DNA of 39,626 nt. Origin: a virus. Its lineage: Duplodnaviria > Caudoviricetes. Shown here in pieces: positions 7,969-15,734 of this stretch. The stretch covers positions 1 to 39,626 of the IMG/VR virus record IMGVR_UViG_3300044634_000818; one strand, given 5' to 3'. Made by a program: the position numbers and the translations under genes. Within the stretch, counting starts at the first letter, position 1, and every line of letters starts with the position of its first letter. The notes under the pieces were generated by a model that worked only from the letters and a program-made list of their open reading frames with translations, was not told the origin of the DNA and made no database searches.

Positions 7969-8252
7969 TGCAAGTAGAGAAGAGATTCTTTCCCAAAATA
8001 ATGTCTGATAACGATGCGATATACTTTTCACATCTAGAGGGCATTATCGATAGCGTTGATGAACTATCTAGTATGGAAGTTGTAAAACATCCTAAGCACT
8101 ATTCATTCAGAATCGCACCTTCTCTTCCTAGATACACAAACATGTTAATAGAGGAACTGTTTAAGTTCCACAATAGATTCCAGATCAAACTAAATATGAG
8201 TAAGAGCATTAAAACTAATGCAGTTATTTCTTTTGAAATTGATCTAGGATAA
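7968..8252 (+). CDS. Hypothetical protein
   Basis: TAATG-coupled 94-aa ORF. Confidence 0.7.
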   Translation: MQVEKRFFPKIMSDNDAIYFSHLEGIIDSVDELSSMEVVKHPKHYSFRIAPSLPRYTNMLIEELFKFHNRFQIKLNMSKSIKTNAVISFEIDLG

Positions 8253-8261
8253 TTATATTTG
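8232..8261 (+). promoter_or_regulatory. Bacteroidota-type promoter (-33 TTTG, -7 TATATTTG)
   Basis: TTTG at 8232-8235, 18-nt spacer, TATATTTG at 8254-8261. Confidence 0.55.
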
Positions 8262-8282
8262 CCCAAACCAAATAAAAATAAA

Positions 8283-8543
8283 ATGCAAATAGTTAAAGAC
8301 GACGAGACTGGTGCTTCAGAAGTACCAATGTACGACCCATCAAAGAAATACACTTGGCATCAAGATGCCCAGTTCATCCTTTCAGGTAATGAATTTGGAA
8401 TGCTTTTAAACTCATTACGTGGAATTGTATCTACGCCAGAGGCTAGAATCATTCTACGTGCTGCTGATGCAGCTGACGCTATTGAATCTATCATGGCTAG
8501 AAACGTTGAGTCAGGATTAGTTGTTGAGTATAAAGAGCAATAA
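8283..8543 (+). CDS. Hypothetical protein
   Basis: ORF 8259..8543; the ATG at 8283 after an A-rich leader is the more likely start because the TTG overlaps the promoter. Confidence 0.7.
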   Translation: MQIVKDDETGASEVPMYDPSKKYTWHQDAQFILSGNEFGMLLNSLRGIVSTPEARIILRAADAADAIESIMARNVESGLVVEYKEQ

Positions 8544-8968
8544 TGAACATTAAAGAATTTGATATGGGCAAGTACATCTTACTAGTTGGTAAGGATGCTA
8601 CTGACATATTCAAATACTATAAGGTTAAAGAAATGCATGGGCTTAATCTAAAAGACGCTCAAGCAGAAGAGGTTGATAAGACTAAAGGTAATGGTGTATA
8701 CATCTATGGATTGACAAACTACGATCCAGCAGATAAAAAGCTAACAGCTAAAGCTCCTTATAAACCTTTTCTGTTTTTAAACATGGGCACATTTAAAAGA
8801 TATAGTGCTGATGAACAGAAGACAGCGATAATGCATGAGACTATGCACATGGCACTTCTTCTTTATAAATGGGACGCTGAGAAAAAGTCAGAAGAAATAG
8901 TAACAATGGCTGAAGATGAGGCTAATAAAATTATCAAAAAACTTAAAGGTATTAAACTTATAAAGTAA
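8543..8968 (+). CDS. Putative zincin-like metallopeptidase
   Basis: HExxH motif (IMHETMHMAL) with a downstream EE. Confidence 0.55.
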   Translation: MNIKEFDMGKYILLVGKDATDIFKYYKVKEMHGLNLKDAQAEEVDKTKGNGVYIYGLTNYDPADKKLTAKAPYKPFLFLNMGTFKRYSADEQKTAIMHETMHMALLLYKWDAEKKSEEIVTMAEDEANKIIKKLKGIKLIK

Positions 8969-9165
8969 TGGCAAAAATGAAAAAGATGGGTGAGTTATCT
9001 GCAGGTGTAGGTTCTCAACCTAAACGTGTAGGACCTGTTGATCCTAAAGGTGCATGGACTAAAGTACAAGAGCGTACATTAGCTGGTACAAAAGGTGGCA
9101 AACCTTCATTGAAAAAAGATAAGCAGCTTGGTGCTACCAAGATGGGTGCTAAGAAGAAGAAGTAA
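8968..9165 (+). CDS. Small Lys/Gly-rich protein
   Basis: TAATG-coupled, highly basic. Confidence 0.7.
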   Translation: MAKMKKMGELSAGVGSQPKRVGPVDPKGAWTKVQERTLAGTKGGKPSLKKDKQLGATKMGAKKKK

Positions 9166-9392
9166 TGATCTTTGAACCTGCTAACAGAATAGATGTAGCT
9201 ACACCTAAAGGAGATGGCATCATCTGGCTTGTTACAGAATATGGTCATGAAACTGACACAATGTATACGATTATCATTAACGCCACTGGGGAGCTCTGGC
9301 AATTTACTCATAAAGATATTAGGGTAAAACCTAATACAACATTTAAAAGGTATGGCAAAGCAATGGATCCAGAAGGCAACAGCCTCCATTAA
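9165..9392 (+). CDS. Hypothetical protein (SH3-like beta pattern)
   Basis: VATPKGDGIIWLVTEYG...TGELWQF. Confidence 0.7.
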   Translation: MIFEPANRIDVATPKGDGIIWLVTEYGHETDTMYTIIINATGELWQFTHKDIRVKPNTTFKRYGKAMDPEGNSLH

Positions 9393-9510
9393 ACGTAGAG
9401 GTACAGAGGGCAAATGCACTCCTATCACTAAACCTGGTTGTACAGGTAGAGCTAAAGCCTTAGCAAAAACTTTCAAAAAAATGGCTGCAAAGCGTAAATC
9501 TAAACAATAA
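9352..9510 (+). CDS. Small basic protein (52 aa), absent from the ORF track
   Basis: MAKQWIQKATASIKRRGTEGKCTPITKPGCTGRAKALAKTFKKMAAKRKSKQ; fills the gap before 9517. Confidence 0.7.
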   Translation: MAKQWIQKATASIKRRGTEGKCTPITKPGCTGRAKALAKTFKKMAAKRKSKQ

Positions 9511-9516
9511 ATAAAC

Positions 9517-10029
9517 ATGGCACTCCCAAAGAAAAAGATGGCAGGTAAACCTGCAATGATGATGAAGAAAAAATCTTCAATGCGTAAAGCTAAAAATGGC
9601 GAAGAGGTAAAGACTGTAGAGAGAGGTGAAACAGGAGAAGTTAAAGTACGTCCTGGTTTTGGTAGAAGTATAAAAGACGTTGCACAAAATTTTTATAAAA
9701 TGGACGTTTTTGATGCTAAAGATGCTAAAACTAAAGCTGGTAAATTTATTCGTAAAGCAGGTAACACTGCTGTTAAAGCAGCACTTACACCAAGTTTGGC
9801 AGCAGGAGCTGTTCCTTATGGTGCAATGATGGCTACTGAACGTGCTATTAAAAACAAACAAGATCTTAATAAAATCCCTGAGAATAAGATGGGTGGTAAA
9901 GTGAAGAAAGCTGCTATGGGAGCTTCTTTAAAACCTGTACCTGCTGGTAAGAAAGGTTTAGCTAAACTTCCTACGCCTGTAAGAAACAAGATGGGCTTCC
10001 AGAAGAATGGTGGTAAAATGAAAAAATAA
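9517..10029 (+). CDS. Lys-rich protein with K-x-G-G-K motifs
   Basis: NKMGGKVKK, QKNGGKMKK, KKGLAKLPTPVRNKMG. Confidence 0.8.
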   Translation: MALPKKKMAGKPAMMMKKKSSMRKAKNGEEVKTVERGETGEVKVRPGFGRSIKDVAQNFYKMDVFDAKDAKTKAGKFIRKAGNTAVKAALTPSLAAGAVPYGAMMATERAIKNKQDLNKIPENKMGGKVKKAAMGASLKPVPAGKKGLAKLPTPVRNKMGFQKNGGKMKK

Positions 10030-10313
10030 TGGCATCTATAAGAAAGCCTGGTCCATATAATCCTCAGAAGGCTACAGCCTATGTAGGTAAAGGAGTGCTC
10101 AGAAATGGTGATAGTATCCCTGCAATCAAGGGAGCTATCACACCTGTGCCTAAGGGTCATCTTATTAAGAAGGATGGAACATCATTAAAGAATGGTGGTA
10201 AGGTAGATGCTTTTAGTAAGATTAAAAAAGCCATGAAGCCTAAAAAACAAAAGCTTTTTATGGATAAGATTAAGAAAAATCTATCCAAGGTTCAACCTAT
10301 TAAGAACAAGTAA
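10029..10313 (+). CDS. Lys-rich protein with a KNGGK motif
   Basis: TAATG-coupled; LKNGGKV. Confidence 0.75.
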   Translation: MASIRKPGPYNPQKATAYVGKGVLRNGDSIPAIKGAITPVPKGHLIKKDGTSLKNGGKVDAFSKIKKAMKPKKQKLFMDKIKKNLSKVQPIKNK

Positions 10314-10567
10314 TGGCTAAATCAGAAGCTTGGCAACGTAAGGAAGGTAAGAACCCTTCTGGTGGCCTAAATGCAAAAGGTAGGGCATCCTACAATAGAG
10401 CTAACCCAGGTAAGCCTGGTCTTAAAGCTCCTCAACCTGAAGGTGGTCCTCGTAAGAAGTCATTCTGTGCTAGGATGTCAGGTATGAAAAAGAAATTAAC
10501 TAGCTCTAAGACAGCTAACGATCCTAATTCTCGTATCAATAAATCTCTACGTAAGTGGAAGTGTTAA
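10313..10567 (+). CDS. Conserved basic phage protein (DUF6321-like)
   Basis: GKNPSGGLNAKGRASYN...LKAP...RKKSFCARMSG...SLRKWKC. Confidence 0.75.
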   Translation: MAKSEAWQRKEGKNPSGGLNAKGRASYNRANPGKPGLKAPQPEGGPRKKSFCARMSGMKKKLTSSKTANDPNSRINKSLRKWKC

Positions 10568-10568
10568 G

Positions 10569-10721
10569 ATGGCAAAGCAAATGATTAAACGTGCTGATGG
10601 TTCTACCTCTCAGCGTGGTTTATGGGACAATATTCGTGCCAACAAGGGAAGTGGAAAGAAGCCAACTTCAGCAATGTTAAAGCAAGAAAAGAAAATTAAA
10701 GCTCAAACTAAAAAGAAATAA
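10569..10721 (+). CDS. Small basic protein (50 aa), absent from the ORF track
   Basis: MAKQMIKRADGSTSQRGLWDNIRANKGSGKKPTSAMLKQEKKIKAQTKKK; fills the gap between neighbours. Confidence 0.7.
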   Translation: MAKQMIKRADGSTSQRGLWDNIRANKGSGKKPTSAMLKQEKKIKAQTKKK

Positions 10722-10723
10722 TA

Positions 10724-10975
10724 ATGGCAACAATGAAAAAAGCAGAAGCTGGTGCGTCTATGCCTAAGAAACCTGCTGCTAAAAAACCAATGGCTCCTGC
10801 TCCTAAGAAGAAAAAATCATATCCTATTCTTTCTGATGATGGGGAGAACTATAATGGACCTAAGGTTGGACCTCGTGAGAAAACTCCTGGTGGTGGTTTT
10901 TCTAAAAATGGATCTAAGATTAAAATGGCCAAGAAAGGTGCTTCTATAAAGAAATGCAAATATGGCTGCAAGTAA
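10724..10975 (+). CDS. Small Lys/Pro/Ala-rich protein
   Basis: KKPAAKKP, SKNGSK, AKKG. Confidence 0.75.
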   Translation: MATMKKAEAGASMPKKPAAKKPMAPAPKKKKSYPILSDDGENYNGPKVGPREKTPGGGFSKNGSKIKMAKKGASIKKCKYGCK

Positions 10976-11132
10976 GAAAACAAAACCTGTGCTTAAGATG
11001 CACAAACCTGCAAAGGCTCCTAAGGTAGCACCTCCTAAACCAGTTAATGGTAATTATATGAGAGAGGCTGATACGCCAACGCGTCTTAGAAGTAAGATGT
11101 GGCCTTTGAAACAAAAGAGACTTTCTAAGTAA
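10962..11132 (+). CDS. Small basic protein (56 aa), absent from the ORF track
   Basis: MAASKKTKPVLKMHKPAKAPKVAPPKPVNGNYMREADTPTRLRSKMWPLKQKRLSK. Confidence 0.65.
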   Translation: MAASKKTKPVLKMHKPAKAPKVAPPKPVNGNYMREADTPTRLRSKMWPLKQKRLSK

Positions 11133-11174
11133 AACTTTTCATTTCGTTGAATTTTGTGATTTCATTTTGTAAGT

Positions 11175-11206
11175 AAAAAGGAGACCATTGGCCTCCTTTT
11201 TCTTTT
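11175..11206. terminator. Bidirectional intrinsic terminator between the convergent blocks
   Basis: AAAAAGGAG-accattggc-CTCCTTTTT with flanking A and T tracts. Confidence 0.8.
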
Positions 11207-11871
11207 TACAATTGACCATAATAGTCTTCTTTGAAATGTGGACTGAGATTTATAATCCCATTCTCCTTATTAAGTACCTTATCTGTTCTTTTTAATATTT
11301 CTTCACTTGGTAAATCTCCCATACCAGATATGTGTACTGTAGCCATTCCCCATCTATAAATCATTGTTGGTTTAGATATGGTGAATACATCTGCTTTATG
11401 ACCAAAGGTTATATCAGCATCTTCTCCACAACTTGAATCTGGCCAAGTAATTCTATCTAGATAGGACTTACTATAACAGTTACCATTATTGATATTATCA
11501 TTAGCTTGTTTGTATTTATTATCTACAAAGAAGTAATGTGATGAGCTTCTATACACATCATGACCAGGATGATTAATGATTGCTTCAGACATAATGGATA
11601 GTCCCTCGTCTGCAATAAGATCATCATCGTCTAATCTATAGATATAATCATTTATACACTGCTTATAACCCCACTCCAGCTTAGCAGCTATTGATAGAAA
11701 TCTTTCCTTACAGTTAAAGATCTTAACTCTAGGATGGTCGTACACATACTCTACCTTAGGACTATCGTTAACTACAACCATTTCATAGTCACCATCCTGT
11801 TGTAAGAATGACTCAATAGCCTCTTCAAGAAGGTGATGACGTTGGTAGGTAATTGTTAGTACACTAATCAT
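11206..11871 (-). CDS. Family 2 glycosyltransferase
   Basis: ISVLTITYQR..LLEEAIESFLQQ, VVVND, LDDDD and GED motifs. Confidence 0.85.
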   Translation of the reverse strand: MISVLTITYQRHHLLEEAIESFLQQDGDYEMVVVNDSPKVEYVYDHPRVKIFNCKERFLSIAAKLEWGYKQCINDYIYRLDDDDLIADEGLSIMSEAIINHPGHDVYRSSSHYFFVDNKYKQANDNINNGNCYSKSYLDRITWPDSSCGEDADITFGHKADVFTISKPTMIYRWGMATVHISGMGDLPSEEILKRTDKVLNKENGIINLSPHFKEDYYGQL

Positions 11872-12497
11872 ACATTCATCTTATATACATAATGTAAATC
11901 AGTGTCAACTAATTCGTCATTATATTGAGTTATTACATTTCTTTCAACATAGTAATCAACAACTTCTTTGATGTTACCAAAGTTATAGTCATCAAATACA
12001 ACAATACCACCTTGCTTTAGCATGAACTGTGTGTAGATAAAATCATTCATCACAGTGTGAGTCTCATGACCACCATCAATATGGATAAAATCAAAAGTGT
12101 GTAACTTATTAGTCTTTACATAGTCTACTAATGTAAGATTACTGTCACCATATATCTCTGTTATCTTTGCAGATGGATATGCGTTCTTGATATACTCTAC
12201 ACAAGGTCTAGTATAAGCATGGCCACCTAAATCAAATAGGAGATATTCTGCAGTGGGGTTAACACTGACCATTAGCAATAAGCTATGGCCAGCGTTAACG
12301 CCTATCTCACATATCTTTGACTTACCTTCAGCTAGCTTTAGTAGATTATGAATCTTAGCTTCATTTCTATCAGCTACAAGATTATCTGACGTTATATCAC
12401 ATATCAAATTACCTTCCACTCTTTCTCCAACACTATCTAATATATTAGCAATGTTGGATATGTGTCCTTTGACTTCTTCTGTAAGTATATCGATCAT
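11868..12497 (-). CDS. Class I SAM-dependent methyltransferase (Methyltransf_24-like)
   Basis: ICEIGVNAGHS, GDS, FDFIHIDGGH, LKQGGIVVFDDY. Confidence 0.85.
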   Translation of the reverse strand: MIDILTEEVKGHISNIANILDSVGERVEGNLICDITSDNLVADRNEAKIHNLLKLAEGKSKICEIGVNAGHSLLLMVSVNPTAEYLLFDLGGHAYTRPCVEYIKNAYPSAKITEIYGDSNLTLVDYVKTNKLHTFDFIHIDGGHETHTVMNDFIYTQFMLKQGGIVVFDDYNFGNIKEVVDYYVERNVITQYNDELVDTDLHYVYKMNV

Positions 12498-12499
12498 GA

Positions 12500-12787
12500 T
12501 TACCAGACTAAGATTACATCAAATGGTGTAACTAATAACTTATTTTCTTCACCAATAGGAAGCACTGGTGCTTTGCTTAAAGCTGCTGGATCAACTAAGA
12601 TCTCATCACCCACCTTGATATTACTAACAAGATCACCTGTAGCATGTACTGTAAGCTTCTTAAGCTTCTGTAACATCTCTTTTTCAAGAGCTTCTTTTGT
12701 GTTCTCGTCTACAATAAGTTTACCTTCATCTTTTTTAGGAAGGTCTAAAAGGATTCTATTTCCTAGTAATTTTTTAAAATTTGCCAT
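12500..12787 (-). CDS. groES: GroES-like co-chaperonin
   Basis: KLLGNRILL...TVHATGD...IKVGDEILV...DVILV; 95 aa. Confidence 0.7.
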   Translation of the reverse strand: MANFKKLLGNRILLDLPKKDEGKLIVDENTKEALEKEMLQKLKKLTVHATGDLVSNIKVGDEILVDPAALSKAPVLPIGEENKLLVTPFDVILVW

Positions 12788-13113
12788 TATTCTTCAATGT
12801 TAGTTAGTTTCTTAAATCTTACAATGTCATCACCTTTCAAATGAATATCTGATTGGAAGATGTCACGCTTACGTTGTACACCTATCACCTTATTAGTCTT
12901 AGGATTAAGTGTAGGAACTTCCTCAACACGCTCATGAATATCATCTAGTAATACTACTAGCTCATCATCAAATGCAATGCTGCGAATCACTTTGTTAATG
13001 TTGAAAGAGTCTGTATACTCTTTGTCACCCTCTTTTCGAGTGTAGAAAAATTGATTTGTCATTGATTGTTTGGTTTTGCGACTCTCCAAGTCTGTGTAAA
13101 CTTCTTGTGTCAT
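12787..13113 (-). CDS. Hypothetical protein
   Basis: Coupled ORF within the operon. Confidence 0.7.
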   Translation of the reverse strand: MTQEVYTDLESRKTKQSMTNQFFYTRKEGDKEYTDSFNINKVIRSIAFDDELVVLLDDIHERVEEVPTLNPKTNKVIGVQRKRDIFQSDIHLKGDDIVRFKKLTNIEE

Positions 13114-13520
13114 TGGTTTATTTTGTTTAAAAGTTCAATACGTCTCTTGTTAACTTCCTCAAATCTGTACATATCATTCTCTACAGATTCATGTTCTGGT
13201 AAAGTTAATAAAATAATATTAGATTTATCATACGCTACCTCTGGATATTTACTCTTAGGAAGGATGTGATGAAAGAAAGTTGATAATGGTTCACTTCCTA
13301 GATACTCACCACTCACTTCTGAGTAATGCTTGCGTTCGTTCCAGATCTCTATAAAGAAGTTTCTCATGGTCTCTGTCTTAGTTCGAATCACAAACAATTC
13401 ACGCCTCATTTTCAGCAATCCACCTTTCTTAGGGGTGATGGGCTTACGTTTGATGTGACTCACACATAAGCCCTTTCCCCATACAGGATTGTTGCATCCA
13501 TCTACGCTACAGTTCTTCAC
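13110..13520 (-). CDS. HNH-like nuclease with an N-terminal CxxxxC...CxxH zinc finger
   Basis: CSVDGC...GLCVSH; FHHILPKSKYP...NIILLT..EH. Confidence 0.65.
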   Translation of the reverse strand: MKNCSVDGCNNPVWGKGLCVSHIKRKPITPKKGGLLKMRRELFVIRTKTETMRNFFIEIWNERKHYSEVSGEYLGSEPLSTFFHHILPKSKYPEVAYDKSNIILLTLPEHESVENDMYRFEEVNKRRIELLNKINQ

Positions 13521-13797
13521 GATCTATCTCTCGTTGAATGTACCAGATAGCTTTCTGAAGGTCTTGTTTCCTATTACCCTTCTTATCAGCTCTAAGAATA
13601 TACTTGATGGCATTACCTAGAGAGAATCCTAACTCATAGTCTTCGATGATATCAATCACCTCAAACTTATTACCTTGGTAGTGATCAGGATGATTGACCA
13701 TCTCTCTTTCTAGTATTTCTTTCATAAGTTTACGTGCTCCATAGGGATCTTGTAATATATTCCCTTCTAATCTATGTTCAATTTCCTTTTGATCCAT
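13507..13797 (-). CDS. DUF3310 / T7 gp1.7-like nucleotide kinase family protein
   Basis: VNHPDHY...EVIDII...GFSLGNAIKYILRADKKG...DLQKAIWY. Confidence 0.85.
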   Translation of the reverse strand: MDQKEIEHRLEGNILQDPYGARKLMKEILEREMVNHPDHYQGNKFEVIDIIEDYELGFSLGNAIKYILRADKKGNRKQDLQKAIWYIQREIDREEL

Positions 13798-13818
13798 TTG
13801 TTTATTGTTTATGTTAAT

Positions 13819-13866
13819 AAAAAAAGAAGATGGAAGCTACAGTAGTACTCCTGTAACTTCCTCTTC
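13819..13866 (-). terminator. Intrinsic terminator
   Basis: Minus strand GAAGA-GGAAGUUACAG-loop-CUGUAGCUUCC-A-UCUUC followed by U7. Confidence 0.75.
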
Positions 13867-14060
13867 CTAAAACACTTGACTAACCATATGAGTTAATGAC
13901 TTTCCTGTAGACTCTCATTTAAGCATGTTTCTATATGTAATTATAATTGCCACCTATTATCGAAAGGCTGTTTGGATATTACATATTGATAGCCTGGTTA
14001 ACCTTCTCTCCTGATGTGTTTCATGACCAGGTAGTTAATTTGTCTACATCCACACTTAAT
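13819..14060 (-). ncRNA. Candidate structured ncRNA (~240 nt) with a pseudoknot, family unknown
   Basis: Gap with no ORF of 60 aa or more, containing five stems plus a terminator; G-U pairs form only on the minus strand. Confidence 0.5.
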
Positions 14061-14063
14061 ATC

Positions 14064-14492
14064 TTAGTTGCCTGTGGACCCATGTCCATCTTGACCTCTT
14101 TCTGTTTCTGATAGTTCGTCTACTTCTACATACTGTGCTAATGGTACAGGCATGATTACTAACTGAGCAATACGATCACTTACTTGATAAATTGTATTAT
14201 CAGGAGTTCTAGAGTTAAAATTAAATGTAACCATGATCTCACCTCTATAACCACTATCAATTACACCCACTGAGTTAGCCATTGATAAATTGTAGTTACG
14301 TACAGAGGAACGTGGGAACACAAGTCCCACCATTCCTTCAGGTATCTCTACTGCAATACCTGTACCATATACTACTTGACCATCTCTAGATAGGTCAACT
14401 GTTGTAGCTACAAGATCTGCACCTGCATCTCCTGGCTTCCCAAACTTAGGCTTCTGTGCCTGTGGGTTCAACTTCTTGAAGTGTATCTTCAT
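14064..14492 (-). CDS. dut: Trimeric dUTPase
   Basis: AGADL, PRSS, GVIDSGYRGEI, DRIAQL and RGQDGHGSTG motifs. Confidence 0.95.
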   Translation of the reverse strand: MKIHFKKLNPQAQKPKFGKPGDAGADLVATTVDLSRDGQVVYGTGIAVEIPEGMVGLVFPRSSVRNYNLSMANSVGVIDSGYRGEIMVTFNFNSRTPDNTIYQVSDRIAQLVIMPVPLAQYVEVDELSETERGQDGHGSTGN

Positions 14493-15513
14493 TTTCTGTT
14501 TCGTTTATTTCGTTTACGTTATTAATTTTATCAATAATGTTTTGCCTTAATGAATCAAAGAATTCAGGATTGTCTGTAAGCAGTTGTTCGAAGTCATCCA
14601 AATCATACTTGTGATCATTGTATGTAATAGTTTTACCATACTTGCGTAGAATACCTAAGTCACTAGCCATGTCCATAACTTCTAACATGCGATCAATACC
14701 TACACCAAATAAGATCTCAAATTCTACACCTTTGAATGGAGGAGCCATCTTGTTCTTGATAGTCTTGATCTTAGTTAGATTGCCATAAGCTTCTGTACCT
14801 TCTTTGGCAACAGTCTTACTTACCTCTACACGAACATCTGCATAGAACTTTAACGCATGACCACCCTGAGTTGTACGAGGATCGCCAAACATAACACCAA
14901 TCTTCTCACGATACTGAGATACAACAATAACACATGTCTGATGCTTAGATAGAATACCTTTCAGCTTAGGATACACATCACTGTTAAGCTTAGCCTTGCG
15001 ACCAATAGAACTATCACCTACCTCACCATCAAGCACCTTCTTAGGGATCAAAGATGAATCTGAGTCAATGATCACAAGATCAATCTCTCCAGTGTTAATC
15101 ATATCCATAGCAATTTGGAAACCCTCCTCACCACAAGTTGGCTGAGCAATTAACATGCTAGCAATATCAACACCTAGAGCAGTGAAGTAATTAGGATCAA
15201 CAGCATGCTCGCCATCGATGTATAACACCTTGCCACCTGCACTCTGACAGTTAGCTACAGCGTGACCACAGATAGTAGATTTACCACTACCTTCCCAGCC
15301 TACTAGTTCATAAAGTTTACCTTTAACAAAGCCACCAACACCTAGAGCAATGTGGTCAAATGCAATTGATCCTGTCGAGATAAGATCATATTCGTTGTGG
15401 TTTTTATCACCTAAAGATAAGATGGTACCCACACCATACTTTTTGTTGAGGGCGTCTAATGCGTCCTCTAGCTTAGATTTACCTGAAGCTACTTCTGTTT
15501 GCTTTTTTGCCAT
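14446..15513 (-). CDS. recA: RecA recombinase
   Basis: ISTGS, Walker A GWEGSGKST, IDGEHAVD, QYREKIGVMFGDPRTTQGGHALKFYA, KNKMAPPFK; likely start MAKKQ at 15513. Confidence 0.95.
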   Translation of the reverse strand: MAKKQTEVASGKSKLEDALDALNKKYGVGTILSLGDKNHNEYDLISTGSIAFDHIALGVGGFVKGKLYELVGWEGSGKSTICGHAVANCQSAGGKVLYIDGEHAVDPNYFTALGVDIASMLIAQPTCGEEGFQIAMDMINTGEIDLVIIDSDSSLIPKKVLDGEVGDSSIGRKAKLNSDVYPKLKGILSKHQTCVIVVSQYREKIGVMFGDPRTTQGGHALKFYADVRVEVSKTVAKEGTEAYGNLTKIKTIKNKMAPPFKGVEFEILFGVGIDRMLEVMDMASDLGILRKYGKTITYNDHKYDLDDFEQLLTDNPEFFDSLRQNIIDKINNVNEINETENEDTLQEVEPTGTEA

Positions 15514-15556
15514 TTCGTTTATTTTTTGTTGTATTAAAGTTACAAATAATTCATTG

Positions 15557-15593
15557 AAAATAAAATAGCCTAGACGCAAAACATCTAGGCTAT
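15557..15593 (-). terminator. Intrinsic terminator after nrdJ and the small Cys protein
   Basis: ATAGCCTAGA / TCTAGGCTAT stem followed by TTTATTTT on the minus strand. Confidence 0.7.
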
Positions 15594-15614
15594 AAACAAA
15601 CTCCAATCTAAATA

Positions 15615-15734
15615 CTAATCTTTAGATCCCTTCACCCATTTAGGGGTGTAAGGACAATTTTTACACTTATTACCACAGCAGATACCTCTGCTTGCTAAGA
15701 ATTCTCTAGACAAGCTCGCAGGCACCTCCACCAC
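15615..15734 (-). CDS. Small Cys-cluster protein (DUF5522-like); start uncertain
   Basis: FLASRGICCGNKCKNCPY; 3' part of ORF 15615..15932; GTG/TTG starts overlap the end of nrdJ. Confidence 0.6.
   Translation of the reverse strand: MVEVPASLSREFLASRGICCGNKCKNCPYTPKWVKGSKD

Noticed and set aside
13870-14060. tRNA, tmRNA, hammerhead ribozyme or cobalamin riboswitch
   Set aside because: No cloverleaf or T-loop, no CUGANGA/GAAA core and no B12 box recognised; kept as an unknown ncRNA candidate.
15513-15606. N-terminal extension of RecA given by the ORF track
   Set aside because: It runs through a terminator hairpin and promoter-like region; MAKKQ at 15513 fits RecA.
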